A DNA stretch of 63,653 nucleotides, filler included, from Octopus bimaculoides (taxonomy: Eukaryota), in NCBI RefSeq assembly GCF_001194135.2. It is 7 parts of 6 records of this genome, joined end to end, with 100 filler letters (N's around TTAATTAATTAA, not from the genome) between each part and the next. Parts side by side here need not be neighbours in the genome. Positions count along the whole stretch, not along the records: positions 1 to 10,635 come from NC_068996.1; positions 10,736 to 35,495 come from NC_068992.1; 5 more parts are not named here. The stretch is one strand, 5' to 3'. A program made the position numbers and the translations under genes. Below, in pieces: positions 1-11,679 of this stretch (its first letter is position 1; each line of letters opens with the position of its first letter). The notes under the pieces were generated by a model. The model had not been told where the DNA came from and made no database searches. It saw only the letters and a list, made by a program, of their open reading frames with translations.

Positions 1-275
1 ATATATATATATATATATATATAGCTGTTTGTTTTTTGTGGCACTTATTTGTTAGAAGCAAGGACAGTTCATGCCAGTGAATGATTGAGTCATTATATGG
101 AATCTTGAACAACTAGAAATAGCAAACAAATATCTCACAAACCATACCTTGCTGTTTCAAAACAAATTAGAGAGACATTGGATAACATTTTCTGTGGGAA
201 CAATGCTTGGCTAACAGACAGGATAGTAAAACCTTTTGATTGTAGTCTGTTGCTCAAATTTCACTGTACTATCTC

Positions 276-307
<32 letters not shown>

Positions 308-713
308 GTGGGGTGGGCACTGGATGATGTATTCTAGAGTAAACACCTGGATAAAAGACAGGATGGTTCCAATCCAAAGACGGAGCCTTTAAGAGGTTGA
401 TTGACCTGCTAGAAATAACATCAAAATTTCCCTCAACTCATCATGCCTTACTGATTATAATTTAGACTATATTGGATAATGCAGTACAAGGTACATAATG
501 CTTAAAATAGGAAGGCGGGATGGTCATGTATGAAATTCATTTGATCGTAATTGGCAGTCAGCCTGGGGTTAAACAACAAAAACAACTGGATTGTTGCAGA
601 TACGTTGGATGGGTCATTGCTGAAGCCTTGTGTTACACAGCAACAACTATAATCCCCACCACCAACTGCTACAACAAAAACAGCAAGCAGACAGTCAGTG
701 CCAGAACACCATC

Positions 714-772
<59 letters not shown>

Positions 773-927
773 TAGGTCCCCTGAAGGGATCAGGGCTGAA
801 TTCTGGGGGTTACACAATGACAACAACATCGACCAACAACAACAACAATGAAAGCAACAGATTGATTGAAACTGGAGCACCTTTTATAGATCTGTTGTAT
901 TAAGACTGTCCCTGGGGCTACACATAC

Positions 928-1344
928 TCTTTACTCTTTTACTCTTTTACTTGTTTCAGTCACTTGACTGTGGCCATGCTGGAGCACCGCCTTTAGTCGA
1001 GCAAATCGACCCCAGGACTTATTCTTTGGATGCCTAGTGCTTATTCTATCGGTCTCTTTTGCCGAACTGCTAAGTTACGGGGACATAAACACACCAGTAT
1101 CGGTTGTCAAGCAATGTTGGGGGGACAGACACAGACATACAAACATATACACACATATACACATATATATATACATATATACGACGGGCTTCTTTCAGTT
1201 TCCGTCTACCAAATCCACTCACAAGGCTTTGGTTGGCCCGAGGCTATAGTAGAAGACACTTGCCCAAGGTGCCACGCAGTGGGAATAAACCCAGAACCAT
1301 GTGGTTGGTAAGCAAGCTACTTACCACACAGCCACTCCTGCGCC
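928..1344 (-). mobile_element. SINE family A, near full length (tRNA head, CORE-like CCTTGGGCAAGT, internal microsatellite, (AAAGAGT)n tail)
   Basis: High identity to many copies in the window, e.g. 27778-28120 and 30137-30400. Confidence 0.9.
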
Positions 1345-2018
1345 TATGTTATAACAACAACAGCAACAAACATCCAGGTTAATTTGTCTCAAGTCTCTTA
1401 TCTCCTTACTTTCTCCTATGTACAGCACACCTGCCAGGAAGAAAAGAATCCCCATTCGTAGGTATATGTTGACATAGTAACATCCTTTCTGTTGTCTTCC
1501 TTTACACACACACACACGCGCGCGCACGCACACACACACACACGCATGCACACACACACACACACACACTAAGTACATACTTGTTGTACATGTTCCTTTC
1601 ATCTTTAAGCTGGTGTATATAGATAGCTACAGGGTGGGTATTAAACACAGCTGACAGTTCTCATCCTCACCCCAGATTTTCCTGCATATACACACCTCAA
1701 CACGTTCATACTTTGGTTGTAAGATTTTCTTCCAATTGTACTATGTATGTTTGTGCGTGTGTGTGTAAATTTGCATATGTGTTATGTTTACATGTATATT
1801 GTACAATCACATGATTGATCAGACTATTGGATATTGTTATACATCACTAGTCACAATGCGCTTTGCATTGTTTTAACTTTCGAATGATGCAACCTTGGTG
1901 GCTAGGCAAGCAGGCTAACATTCCCTCTGATCATAAAGCTGTTTCATTAGAGTGTTATCCATTTACAGCTGAGTGGACTGGAGTGCCGTGAAATTAAGTG
2001 TTTTGCATAAGAACATAA

Positions 2019-2404
2019 GGTGCTGCCCAGTATGTGGAAAGAAGCTTGCTTCCCAACCACATGGTTCCAGGTTCAGTCCCATTGTGTGACACCTTGGGCA
2101 AGTGTCTTCTACTATAGTCTTGGGCCGACCAAAACCTTGTGAGTGGATTTGGTAGATGGAAACTGAAAGAAGCCCGTCGTATGTGTGTGTGTGTGTCTGC
2201 GTTTGTTCTCACCACCATCGCTTTGACAACTGATGTTGGTGTGTTTATGCTCCCATAACTTAGCGGTTTGGCAAAAGAGACCGAGAGAATAAGTAGTAGG
2301 CTTACAAAGAATAAGTCCTGGGGTCGATTTGTTCAACTAAAATGGCAGTGCTCCAGCATGGCCACAGTCAAATGACTGAAACGGGTAAAAGAGAATAAAA
2401 GAAT
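2019..2404 (+). mobile_element. SINE family A
   Basis: Same head, body and tail motifs. Confidence 0.88.
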
Positions 2405-2406
2405 AA

Positions 2407-2457
<51 letters not shown>

Positions 2458-2789
2458 AGATTGAAAAGGAACACACGAGTTTTNNNNNNNNNNNNNNNNN
2501 NNNNNNNNNNNNNNNNNNNNNNNNNNNNNNNNNNNNNNNNNNNNNNNNNNNNNNNNNNTATATATAATGTAAATGAGGGAAAAGAAATTCATATTGATTG
2601 TACAATAATCATTTCAGTAAGCGAATATTTTTTTTTATTCCATACCACATATAGAAATATGTAATATATACAATATCTTAGACATCATTATTCGAAGTGT
2701 TTTCTCATCAACTGGAATTTAACTGATGTTTATTCAGTTAACTGAATACTATTTGCCAAATAGTTTCCTACATGAAGTTCTGATGAGGT

Positions 2790-2955
2790 GGAAATCTGAA
2801 TTATAATTATCCCCTCATATATTATATATAATGGATAGACGAATGTTGAGATGGTTTGGCTACATGGAAAGGATGGAGGAGGAGCAGATGGTAAGGAGGT
2901 TGATGAAGGCTGAAGTGGTAGGCAGCAGAACCAGAGGCAGACCTTTATGTTGAAT
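2790..2955 (+). mobile_element. RTE-clade LINE ORF2 C-terminal fragment
   Basis: MLRWFGYMERMEEEQMVRRLMKAEVVGSRTRGRP, the typical LRWFGHVxRM...RxRGRP motif. Confidence 0.85.
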
Positions 2956-3049
2956 AAAGTCATTAACTGGTCTTCTTTTATTTTCTTTTACCAGAAGCCA
3001 GGAACTTTTCAGCACCACCTCATAAATCTACAGCTACATGTAGGAAAAC

Positions 3050-3845
3050 TTGTATGAACCATCTAATGGAGGAGTAAAGATAAATGTTTCATGCTGGACA
3101 CAGGGTGTACCATCAATAAATCTCAGCTGTCACCACTTGTCAGAGTGTCAGAAAGGGTGTCAGACAAGGAGATGTCATCTCTCCAAAGCTCTTCAAACAT
3201 GTCTGGAAATGGTCATTGAAGACAATCATTGGAACGGTGGCATTAATATCTACAGCAAGTTTATAATACAGCCTTGATTTGCTGATGATATTGTGCTCAT
3301 CATAGAAGCCTCAAAGCATGTTGACAGAGTTGGATGGAGCTCTGAGTTAAGTAGTAGAACTCAAAATAATCCATACAAAAACTAAATGTATGAAACTAAA
3401 TAAGGCGGCGAGGTAGCAGAAACGTTCGCACACCGGGCAAAATGCTTAGCTGCATTTCGTCTGCCACTGCGTTCTGAGTTCAAATTCCACCGAGGTCAAC
3501 TTTGCCTTTCATCCTTTTGGGGTCAATAAATTAAGTACCAGTTGCGTACTGGAGTCGATCTAATCGACTTAATCCCTTTGTCTGTCCTTGTTTGTCCCCT
3601 CTGTGTGTAGCCCCTTGTGGGCAGTAAAGAAATAAGAAAACTAAATGTATGCAAAACAAAAATGTAGCACAGGGCCAAATAGCGGTAAGAAGTGATGAAA
3701 TTGAGGAAATGAATGAACATGTCTTTTTGGGCCAGACAGTAAAAAATATAAGCTGGGACATGAATGCTGAAATCTTCCTCTGAGTAACAGCAGGGTAGAA
3801 AATACTTACCTTGGTTAAAAATGATTTGCTCAAAAGCATGGCTTG
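3050..3845 (+). mobile_element. Decayed RTE LINE reverse transcriptase, interrupted by a SINE
   Basis: KGVRQGDVISPKLF ... FADDIVL ... IEEMNEHVFLGQTV, with frameshifts and stops. Confidence 0.9.
3393..3636 (+). mobile_element. tRNA-derived SINE, family B, with a 15-bp target-site duplication (TSD)
   Basis: A/B-box head (GAGTTCAAATTCC). AAAACTAAATGTATG is repeated at 3378-3392 and 3637-3651. Confidence 0.9.
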
Positions 3846-4958
3846 TTTACCAATCTCAACCATTCACCATCTCAGTCCAATCCTTGTTCTCCAGACAACC
3901 TCTACTCACCCTCACTCCTTGTTCTTCTGTCCCTACTCACTTCAATCCACCTTCTACCTTCAGTGTCCACCCTGACACTTCATCACCAGTGTAGCAGTGT
4001 TTTATTTTTCTTTCCAGCTGTAACCCCGATATTCCTTTTTACCCCTCTCATTAAGGTGAATTGTTATCTAGGTTCCTCTACAGTAAGTTTGTTTCTGGGC
4101 CCTTCTTTCATGCTTCAACCACCCCTTCATCTAGCATAAAACTGCTATCATTTACTGTAACTCCACTCAATCGCAAGGGTGTCTTAGACTAGTGAGCTGC
4201 ATGGTGACCTCACTCATGCTGAGCCACAAGAAAAACACTCCATACACCCTGTAAAGTGATTGACTTTAGGAAAGGTATCCTGCTGTGGAAACCATGCCAG
4301 CTCACTATACTCTGAGTTCAAATACCACCAAGGTTGACATTACTTTTTATCATATCAGAGTTGACAAAATAGTTGTTCCATACTGGGGTCAGTTCATGTC
4401 TTTCCTTAATGTCTCTTGCTGTCTTTCTTTCTTTCTGGGGTCAGTAACTGAGGAGGATGGGCTCCACCAAGTCTAAAAATACCCTAGACACACCATATGG
4501 TACAATGCTCCTCACCCACTATGAGTATCTAAAGGAGTTGGGGACCCGACATAAGGTGTGTGTGTAGATATATGTACATTTGTTGATAGGATGTACGAGT
4601 CTATATAACTGCATATTGCATGTGAGTATTTGTGTGTGTGTGTGTCAATGTGTATATTCATGTGTGTGTGTGTGAACTGGCAGCAATTGAATGGAGTTAG
4701 ATGAGAACAGAAAGTAGTTCAAACAGTAATATCATTGTTTTATATATTTATCTTCACTTTTTCGTCTTAGCAGGCAATTTCACTGTTTATTTACACTCGC
4801 TCTATTATAATGAATAGATTGGTCTTATTAGCCGTGTGCTGTTGCAACACTTATTAACCTTATAAACAAAAATGCTGTATTCGTTTCTTATGTCGATTAA
4901 ATGAAAAGTATACAATGACCACAACTGTGTCGGCAACAACAAAAGTCAGCCACTGCAG

Positions 4959-4990
<32 letters not shown>

Positions 4991-5193
4991 CTGAAGATAA
5001 TATTAATAATGATACTATTTGTAAAGGTATTTCTGTGTTATTTTTTTTCCTTCCATACTCCAGCAATTATTGAGTCTGGTTTGACTACACTCCAATAAAT
5101 CAAAAACTACTCTTTAAACCACACCCCAAAGAGAAAAAGAGAAAAAAAGAAAAATAAACAAAAGCTTCACAAGAAGAGAACAAAAAAGAATAT

Positions 5194-5271
<78 letters not shown>

Positions 5272-5959
5272 GTATATAGTTTGCTTTAAAAGCCTATGTT
5301 CTATTTATGACTTTTATGTAACACACCCATATATAACACATACATACTTACATACATACATATATATATGTATGTATGCATGTAAGTATGTGCGTGTTGT
5401 GTTGTTTATTAGAAAAGAGTAAACTGGGAGGTTAGATGTTAAGTCTACTTTAATTGTTTAGCGATGACCCTAATCATAGTCATCGCTGCTGTCGGCTGCT
5501 ACTTGCAGGCACAACTACTGCCCTCATTAAGGGGTCACTGGAGGTAGGGTCGCATTCGTATTCCATATCTTTTAAACTTTATATTGTATCATATTATTAT
5601 TATTTTTGTTTATATTTCTTTTTATCTTTTTGATATTTCAATTATGAACCAAACGTCAGCTTTTTTTTTTTAGTGACTTCAAAATAACAATGATGATGAT
5701 GATGATGATGATAGATGTAAGCATAAGGTGTTTTAGTGAGCTAAATGGGTGAACTGAATTTTAGGGAAACCCTGAAGAGAGGTTTTTCATTTCATCTTTG
5801 TTTTGTTTGTTGTTTTTTTTTTATCTCTGCTTTAAAAGTTAGTGTTTATCATTTCATGTGTTGATAATTTTGTGCTGTAGCATGGCCTGTGGAAATAACT
5901 TAAATGTTGTGATTAGCAGAATTGATGTATGTTAGGGTTGTGATTAAGGGTCACTAAGT

Positions 5960-6320
5960 TATTTTCATGATTTGGTTAGTGTACTAATTAATATATTGTT
6001 AGTATTGCAGTTAGTAGTACTAATATGTACTAGTGTTGTGATTAGCGGTACTAATCTTTGTGGTTAGTAGTACTAATACATTAGTGCTCTGGTTGCTAGT
6101 TACTAATACATTATTAGTGTCGTAGTCAGAGGTACTAAAGCACATTAGTGTTGTGCTTAGTGGTACTAACATATTAGTTGTACTAATGCATTAGTGTTGT
6201 AGCTAGAAGTACTAATCCATGTTAGTGTTGTGCTTATTAGTACTAATACATTAGTGTTGTGATTAGTGGTACTAATGTATGTTAGTATCGGGGTCAGTAG
6301 TACCAATGCGTTAGCATTGT
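5960..6320. repeat. Degenerate ~30-bp minisatellite (TTAGTGTTGTGATTAGTGGTACTAAT-like)
   Basis: About 12 recurrences of GTACTAA at 22-38 bp spacing. Confidence 0.85.
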
Positions 6321-6604
6321 GGTTAGGAAAACAGGATGGCTAAGAACTAGATGTGCTATTTCAAACGGCAGTATTTTGAAAATTGGTAATCTAGGTGAAT
6401 GACTGATTAATGTTATCTTTGATAATGGTATTCCAGGCATAACCAACCATTCTCTTTTCTGCTAATATGTATCTAGGCCTACATTATCCACAATGTCTAT
6501 TGTTTCCAATTGATTTGCTCCCCACCCCCACCTTCTGCTGGCATTGGCTTAATTTCTTATTTGATTTTTTTTTTTTGTGGATTTTTTTTTAGGTTGGTTA
6601 ATTG

Positions 6605-6730
6605 GCCAAATTGGCAACGACGCAAACAAAATGCCTTGTGATATTTAGTTACATCTCTCGTGTTCTGAGTTCAAATTCTGCTGAGTCCACCTTTGCCTTT
6701 TATCTTTCTGATGTTGTCAAAATAAAATGC
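6605..6730 (+). mobile_element. SINE family B fragment
   Basis: TTCTGAGTTCAAATTCTGCTGAG...CTTTGCCTTT. Confidence 0.7.
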
Positions 6731-6825
6731 TGTGAGTTAGTGGAGGAAGAGGAGGTAATATAACCCATTTGTTATCATGTTTCTGTAGAAATACATTTAT
6801 TTTAATTTGTTTTGAAAAATATTCT

Positions 6826-7176
6826 TTCTTTCATTCTTTTGTTTCAGTCATTTGACTGTGGCCATGCTGGAGCACTGCCTTCAAAGGATTTTAGTCGAAG
6901 AAATCTATCTGTCTCTTTTGCCAAACTGTTAAGTTACAGGGATGTAAACACCAACATCAGTTGTCAAGCAATGTTGGGGGAGGGGGACAAACACAAAAAC
7001 ACACACACACATATATATGATGGGCTTCTTTCAGTTTCCATCTACCAAATCCACTCATAAAGCCTTGGTTGGCCAGAGGTTATAGTAGAAGACACTTACC
7101 CAAGGTGCCATGCAGTAGGACCGGACTCAGAACCATGTGGTTGGGAAGCTGGCTTCTTACCACACAACCACACCTG
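6826..7176 (-). mobile_element. SINE family A, older copy
   Basis: Same motifs, CpG-decayed. Confidence 0.85.
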
Positions 7177-7196
7177 AAGAATTTAGTAAAATAGCT

Positions 7197-7258
<62 letters not shown>

Positions 7259-7490
7259 TTAACATCCATTTTCCATTCTGGCAGGGGATGGACAGTTTGA
7301 CCAGAGATGGCAAGCCGAAGAGCTGCTCTGGGTTCCAGTCTGATTTGGTTTGGTTCATTTGGCTAGATCTTCTTCCTAAAGTCAACCATTTTATTGAGTG
7401 TGCTGGGTGCTTTTTATGTGGCACTGGCACAGGTGCAATTACATGGTGCCAGCACAAGACCTTTTTACATGGCACAAGCAAGATTGGTTT
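7197..7490 (-). mobile_element. SINE family C 3' part with (GAT)n tail
   Basis: (CAT)n followed by TTTAACATCCATTTTCCAT, shared with the 61461 copy. Confidence 0.75.
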
Positions 7491-8223
7491 TAGGTGACAC
7501 CAGCACAGGGCTCTTCCAGGCCAATGCTCAATTAGAAAGTAATTTTTTTCCTCTTAATGGTAGTTAACCTGTGATAGACAAGCACAGTGGAGTTGACTCA
7601 GATTCTGAGAATCTGCAGTATGACCCAAAGTTCATAGAAATTCTTGCAATTTAACCTGCATATTACTGGGGATTCTACTACCATAATTTAACCAATAGTC
7701 CGTTACAACATTTGTTGCTGTTTTTGAGAGAGAAAAAGGGCCAAGTGCTTATAGTGGTAAGGTTTTTTTTTTATTATCATTATTTAGCACCAGTCCAACC
7801 TAAGTGATTAAAGACATTCTAACCTGTGCTTAAAAGCATTCTAACCATGACCATCCTGTCTTCGACTTTTAATACATGGTGTATCCAAGACTACATTATC
7901 TATTTTTACTTTTTTAGAATAGCAGTGTGTCATTTAACTGTAGTAGGTCTAGTGACCACAAGAGTGCACCTCATTGGCTGTTGTTGTTCAGACTCCCAGT
8001 GTTCCGTCTGAGACCATCCCATGGGTTGGTTTTTATATTTTTTATTTGCATAATTTTTTTGTTTTTGTTTTTGTTTTTTTTCAACCTACACTATCTGATA
8101 AGTTCCTTTTTTTCCTTAAGATGGTAGAGAGCGAGTGATTTGAAAGATTTATTTGCTACTCATAACAACTTCAACAACCATACTGAGGCTCTATTATTGC
8201 TTCCCATCTTGTCATTGGGAAAT

Positions 8224-8565
8224 ATGAAGGTTCTGGGTTCAGTTCCATTTCATGGCACCTTGGACAAGAGTCTTTCACTGTAGCCTCGGACCAGCCAAAG
8301 CCTTGAGAGTAGAAACTGAAAGAAGCCTATTGTGCGTGTGCGTGTGCGTGTGTGTGTGTATTGCTTGTATTTGTTTCCCACCATTGCTTGACTACTTGTG
8401 TTGATTTGTTTACATCCCTGTAACTTAGCAGCTTCACAAAACAGACTGACAGAATAAGTACAAGATTTTTAAAAAATAAGAACTGTGGTTAATTCATTCA
8501 TCAAAACACTTCAAGGTGGTGCCCCAGCATGGTCACAGTCCGGTGACTGAAACAAGTAAAAGATA
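8224..8565 (+). mobile_element. SINE family A, older copy
   Basis: Same motifs, CpG-decayed. Confidence 0.85.
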
Positions 8566-8706
8566 ACAGATACATGATATATTGATAGTATATTAGTTTA
8601 TTGAACTTATGGGTAGTTATTTTTTAATAATAAGGTAACGTGATGGTGATGCTGGGTCCAGTGTATTTTTGTTAGGTAAATTATCTTTTTATATTAAGTT
8701 TTGGGC

Positions 8707-8846
8707 ACTACTTAAATATAGAGGTCTCAGCACATTGACATAACAATGCTTTTACACTTGTTAAGTTAGGGTTTAGGATTAGTTTTAGGGTTAGGGGTTA
8801 GGGTTAGGGTTACATAGATGTGTTGGAACCTCTGTATTTAAGTAGT
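8707..8846. mobile_element. 140-bp MITE-like element with 30-bp terminal inverted repeats (TIRs) enclosing degenerate (TTAGGG)n
   Basis: TIRs at 8707-8736 and 8817-8846 match at 25 of 30 positions. Telomere-type repeats at 8766-8812. Confidence 0.7.
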
Positions 8847-9220
8847 ACAAAGTTTTGTTATTAATTGAAAAGGAAATTTAGTAAGAATACATAATACTTC
8901 CCCCGCCCCCACTGAACTGATTCCAAATAACGTACTGGGAGGACCATTCACCTCCATTTTATTGTATCATCATCTGGTTAGTTTATATGACAAATACCTG
9001 TTCTGTTATGAAGTTTGAAACTGGCATGAGCACTCCATACTTTATTGGAGAATGTGAAATACATTTTTGTTTACTTATGACTATCTAGAACGTACCAAAT
9101 TATGTAAACTGGTCATTCAAACTGGTTTTGGTTAAATAATAATAAAAGACACACACATGCAATTTGTGAGTACATTTGTTTCACAGTCAGAGAACTTAAT
9201 ACATAAAGCAAAGTGTGTGT

Positions 9221-9641
9221 GTGTGTTGTGATAGATTTTCTTCCAAACCATATGATTCTGGGTTTGGCCCCACTGTATGGCACTTTGGATAAGCGTCTTT
9301 TAATATAGCCTTGCATCGACCAAAGCCTTGTGAGTGGATCTGGTAGATGGAAACTGAAAGAATCTTGTCGTATATATACATATGTGTGTGTGTATGTATA
9401 TATCTACATATGTCTCTTTGTGTCTGTGTTTGTTTCTTCCCTTCCCCATCACCATTTGACAACTGGTGTTGGTGTTTTTATATCCCTATAACTTAGTGGT
9501 TCAGCAAAAGAAACTGATAGTCTATAAGTATTAGGCTTAAGAAAGAAGTCCTGGAGCCAATTTTTTTGACTAAAACCCTTCAAGGTGGTGCTCCAGCATG
9601 GCTGCAGTCAAATGACTGAAACGAGTAAAAGACTAAAAGAA
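9221..9641 (+). mobile_element. SINE family A, older copy
   Basis: Same motifs, CpG-decayed. Confidence 0.85.
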
Positions 9642-9654
9642 TATATATTATATA

Positions 9655-9935
9655 ACTGGTAATCCGTCAGTTACAATGATGCGGGTTCCAGTTGGTCCCA
9701 TCAACAGAACAGCCTGCCCTTGAAACTAACATGCAAAGTGGCTGAGCACTCCACAGACATGCATACCCTTAACATAGTTCTCAAGGAAATTCAACTTGAC
9801 ACAGAATGTGATAAGTATGGCTCTTTGAATTACAGGTACAACCTATTTTTGCCAGCTGATTCAACTCAAGCAGCAAGCCGCTGGGAGTTGATCTCATGAC
9901 TTTGCAATCATGAGCAGAATATCTTATCTAAGCAA
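9655..9935 (-). mobile_element. Older tRNA-Arg-type SINE sharing the 3' domain
   Basis: GTGGCTGAGCACTCCACAGAC...CCCTTAAC.TAGTTCTC shared with the 9973 copy. Confidence 0.8.
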
Positions 9936-9972
9936 CACACCTTCACTCATACCTGTGTGTATGTATGCAATT

Positions 9973-10356
9973 GTTGTTGGCACTCCGTCGCTTACGACAT
10001 CAAGGGTTCCAGTTGATCCGATCAATGGAACAGCTTGCTCGTGAAATTAACGTGCAAGTGGCTGAGCACTCCACAGACACGTGTACCCTTAACGTAGTTC
10101 TCGGGGATATTCAGCATGACACAGTGTGACAAGGCTGACCCTTTGGATTACAGGCACAACAGAAACAGGAAGTAAGAGTGAGAGAAAGTTGTGGTGGAAG
10201 AGTACAGCAGGGTTCGCCACCATCCCCTGCCGGAGCCTCGTGGAGCTTTAGGTGTTTTCGCTCAATAAACACTCACAACGCCTGGTCTGGGAATCGAAAC
10301 CGCAATCTTATGACTGCGAGTCCGCTGCCCTAACCACTGGGCCATTGCGCCTCCAC
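9973..10356 (-). mobile_element. Full-length tRNA-Arg-derived SINE (OR-type) with (AAC)n tail and 10-bp TSD
   Basis: The head GGCGCAATGGCCCAGTGGTTAGGGCAGCGGACTCGCAGTCATAAGATTGCGGTTTCGATTCC resembles tRNA-Arg. GTATGCAATT is repeated at 9963-9972 and 10357-10366. Confidence 0.9.
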
Positions 10357-10598
10357 GTATGCAATTATATATCATTGAATAAGCAGATATATAATGAAAG
10401 CATTATTACATATACACACACATAATAATATTTTCATATATTGTATCCCACTTTAACGATGAAGAGCATTCAAACAAAAGTAGGAGTTAAAGTTTAGGTA
10501 ACTCTTCGTCAAAAATCTTTGCTCTTTCAACTGATCACCTTTCAAATTGCTTACACACTTCTATGTGTGTCTGTTCATATATATATATCATATATGTA

Positions 10599-10635
<37 letters not shown>

Positions 10636-10735
10636 NNNNNNNNNNNNNNNNNNNNNNNNNNNNNNNNNNNNNNNNNNNNTTAATTAATTAANNNNNNNNN
10701 NNNNNNNNNNNNNNNNNNNNNNNNNNNNNNNNNNN
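10636..10735. other. Artificial scaffold spacer 44N-TTAATTAATTAA-44N
   Basis: Exactly 100 bp; the palindrome gives stops in all six frames. Confidence 0.97.
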
Positions 10736-10819
<84 letters not shown>

Positions 10820-11625
10820 ATGCATGTATGTGTGAGTGTGAGTTTGTGTGTGTGAGTGTGTGTGTGTGTATACATACATTCATATATGTATCTATCTATC
10901 TATACATATATATACACGCTCATATACATATAAGTGTATGTGTATATATACATATACACGGCACCCCTCCCCCACACGTACGCACACACATGGATTTATT
11001 TATGTTTTCTTTAACCATATGTAAACATTAAAATATTTTGATGAACATTTGAATCGCTTCATTGGCCGGAACGTTTTAACAGCTATTAATTTGTCGTCCC
11101 AAAAGAATGAAGAAGCAAGTCACCGTCCAGCAGATTTGAAACAAGACGGAATGAAAATTTCCAAATAATGCATCGCAGTGCTCCGTTGTTCCTACCGAAT
11201 GGCAAATGTCATGTAACTGTCATATTCTCTATTTGGGCTGAAGGCGACCTAGTAAAAGAGCGATGCTTAATGTTACGATTTAATTAATCAACTTATATTT
11301 TGGGAAAAGAGAATAAAAAACATGGATTCTTGACTTCCGTAGTCGTTGCTGTCTTCGGAGATTCGATCGCGCATGTGTAGAGACATAGTAAGTGTTTATT
11401 CCACTCCTAACCCATCTCCCGCCCTATCTGCCTACATAAGCATATATATAGACATATACATATATATTACGATGTAAGTACACCGATCGCTGGAAACATA
11501 TAGACAGCATATACGTTAGCATATGCTTATATATACATACGTACATAAATACATGCATCTATAGTTACATACATATACGGACACACAGACACACAGGCAC
11601 ACACACACATATATATACATACACC

Positions 11626-11679
<54 letters not shown>

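Noticed and set aside
728-769. Poly(T) run as a retrocopy tail
   Set aside because: No TSD and no identifiable parent sequence.
2780-2800. CTGATGA...GAAA as a hammerhead
   Set aside because: Only four bases lie between the core halves, with no stem II; it is inside an RTE relic.
5460-5488. 9-bp hairpin AGCGATGAC/GTCATCGCT
   Set aside because: Too short to extend, and expected by chance in 63 kb.
5960-6320. CRISPR-like array
   Set aside because: Degenerate tandem units with no unique spacers, in a eukaryotic context with no cas genes.
8766-8812. True telomere or chromosome fusion scar
   Set aside because: Short, degenerate, single-orientation and enclosed by TIRs.
10285-10356. tRNA-Arg-like sequence as a tRNA gene
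   Set aside because: It is the head of a TSD-flanked SINE and has no proper acceptor stem.
10680-10691. TTAATTAATTAA as a biological motif
   Set aside because: Always centred in exactly 44+44 N, so it is synthetic.
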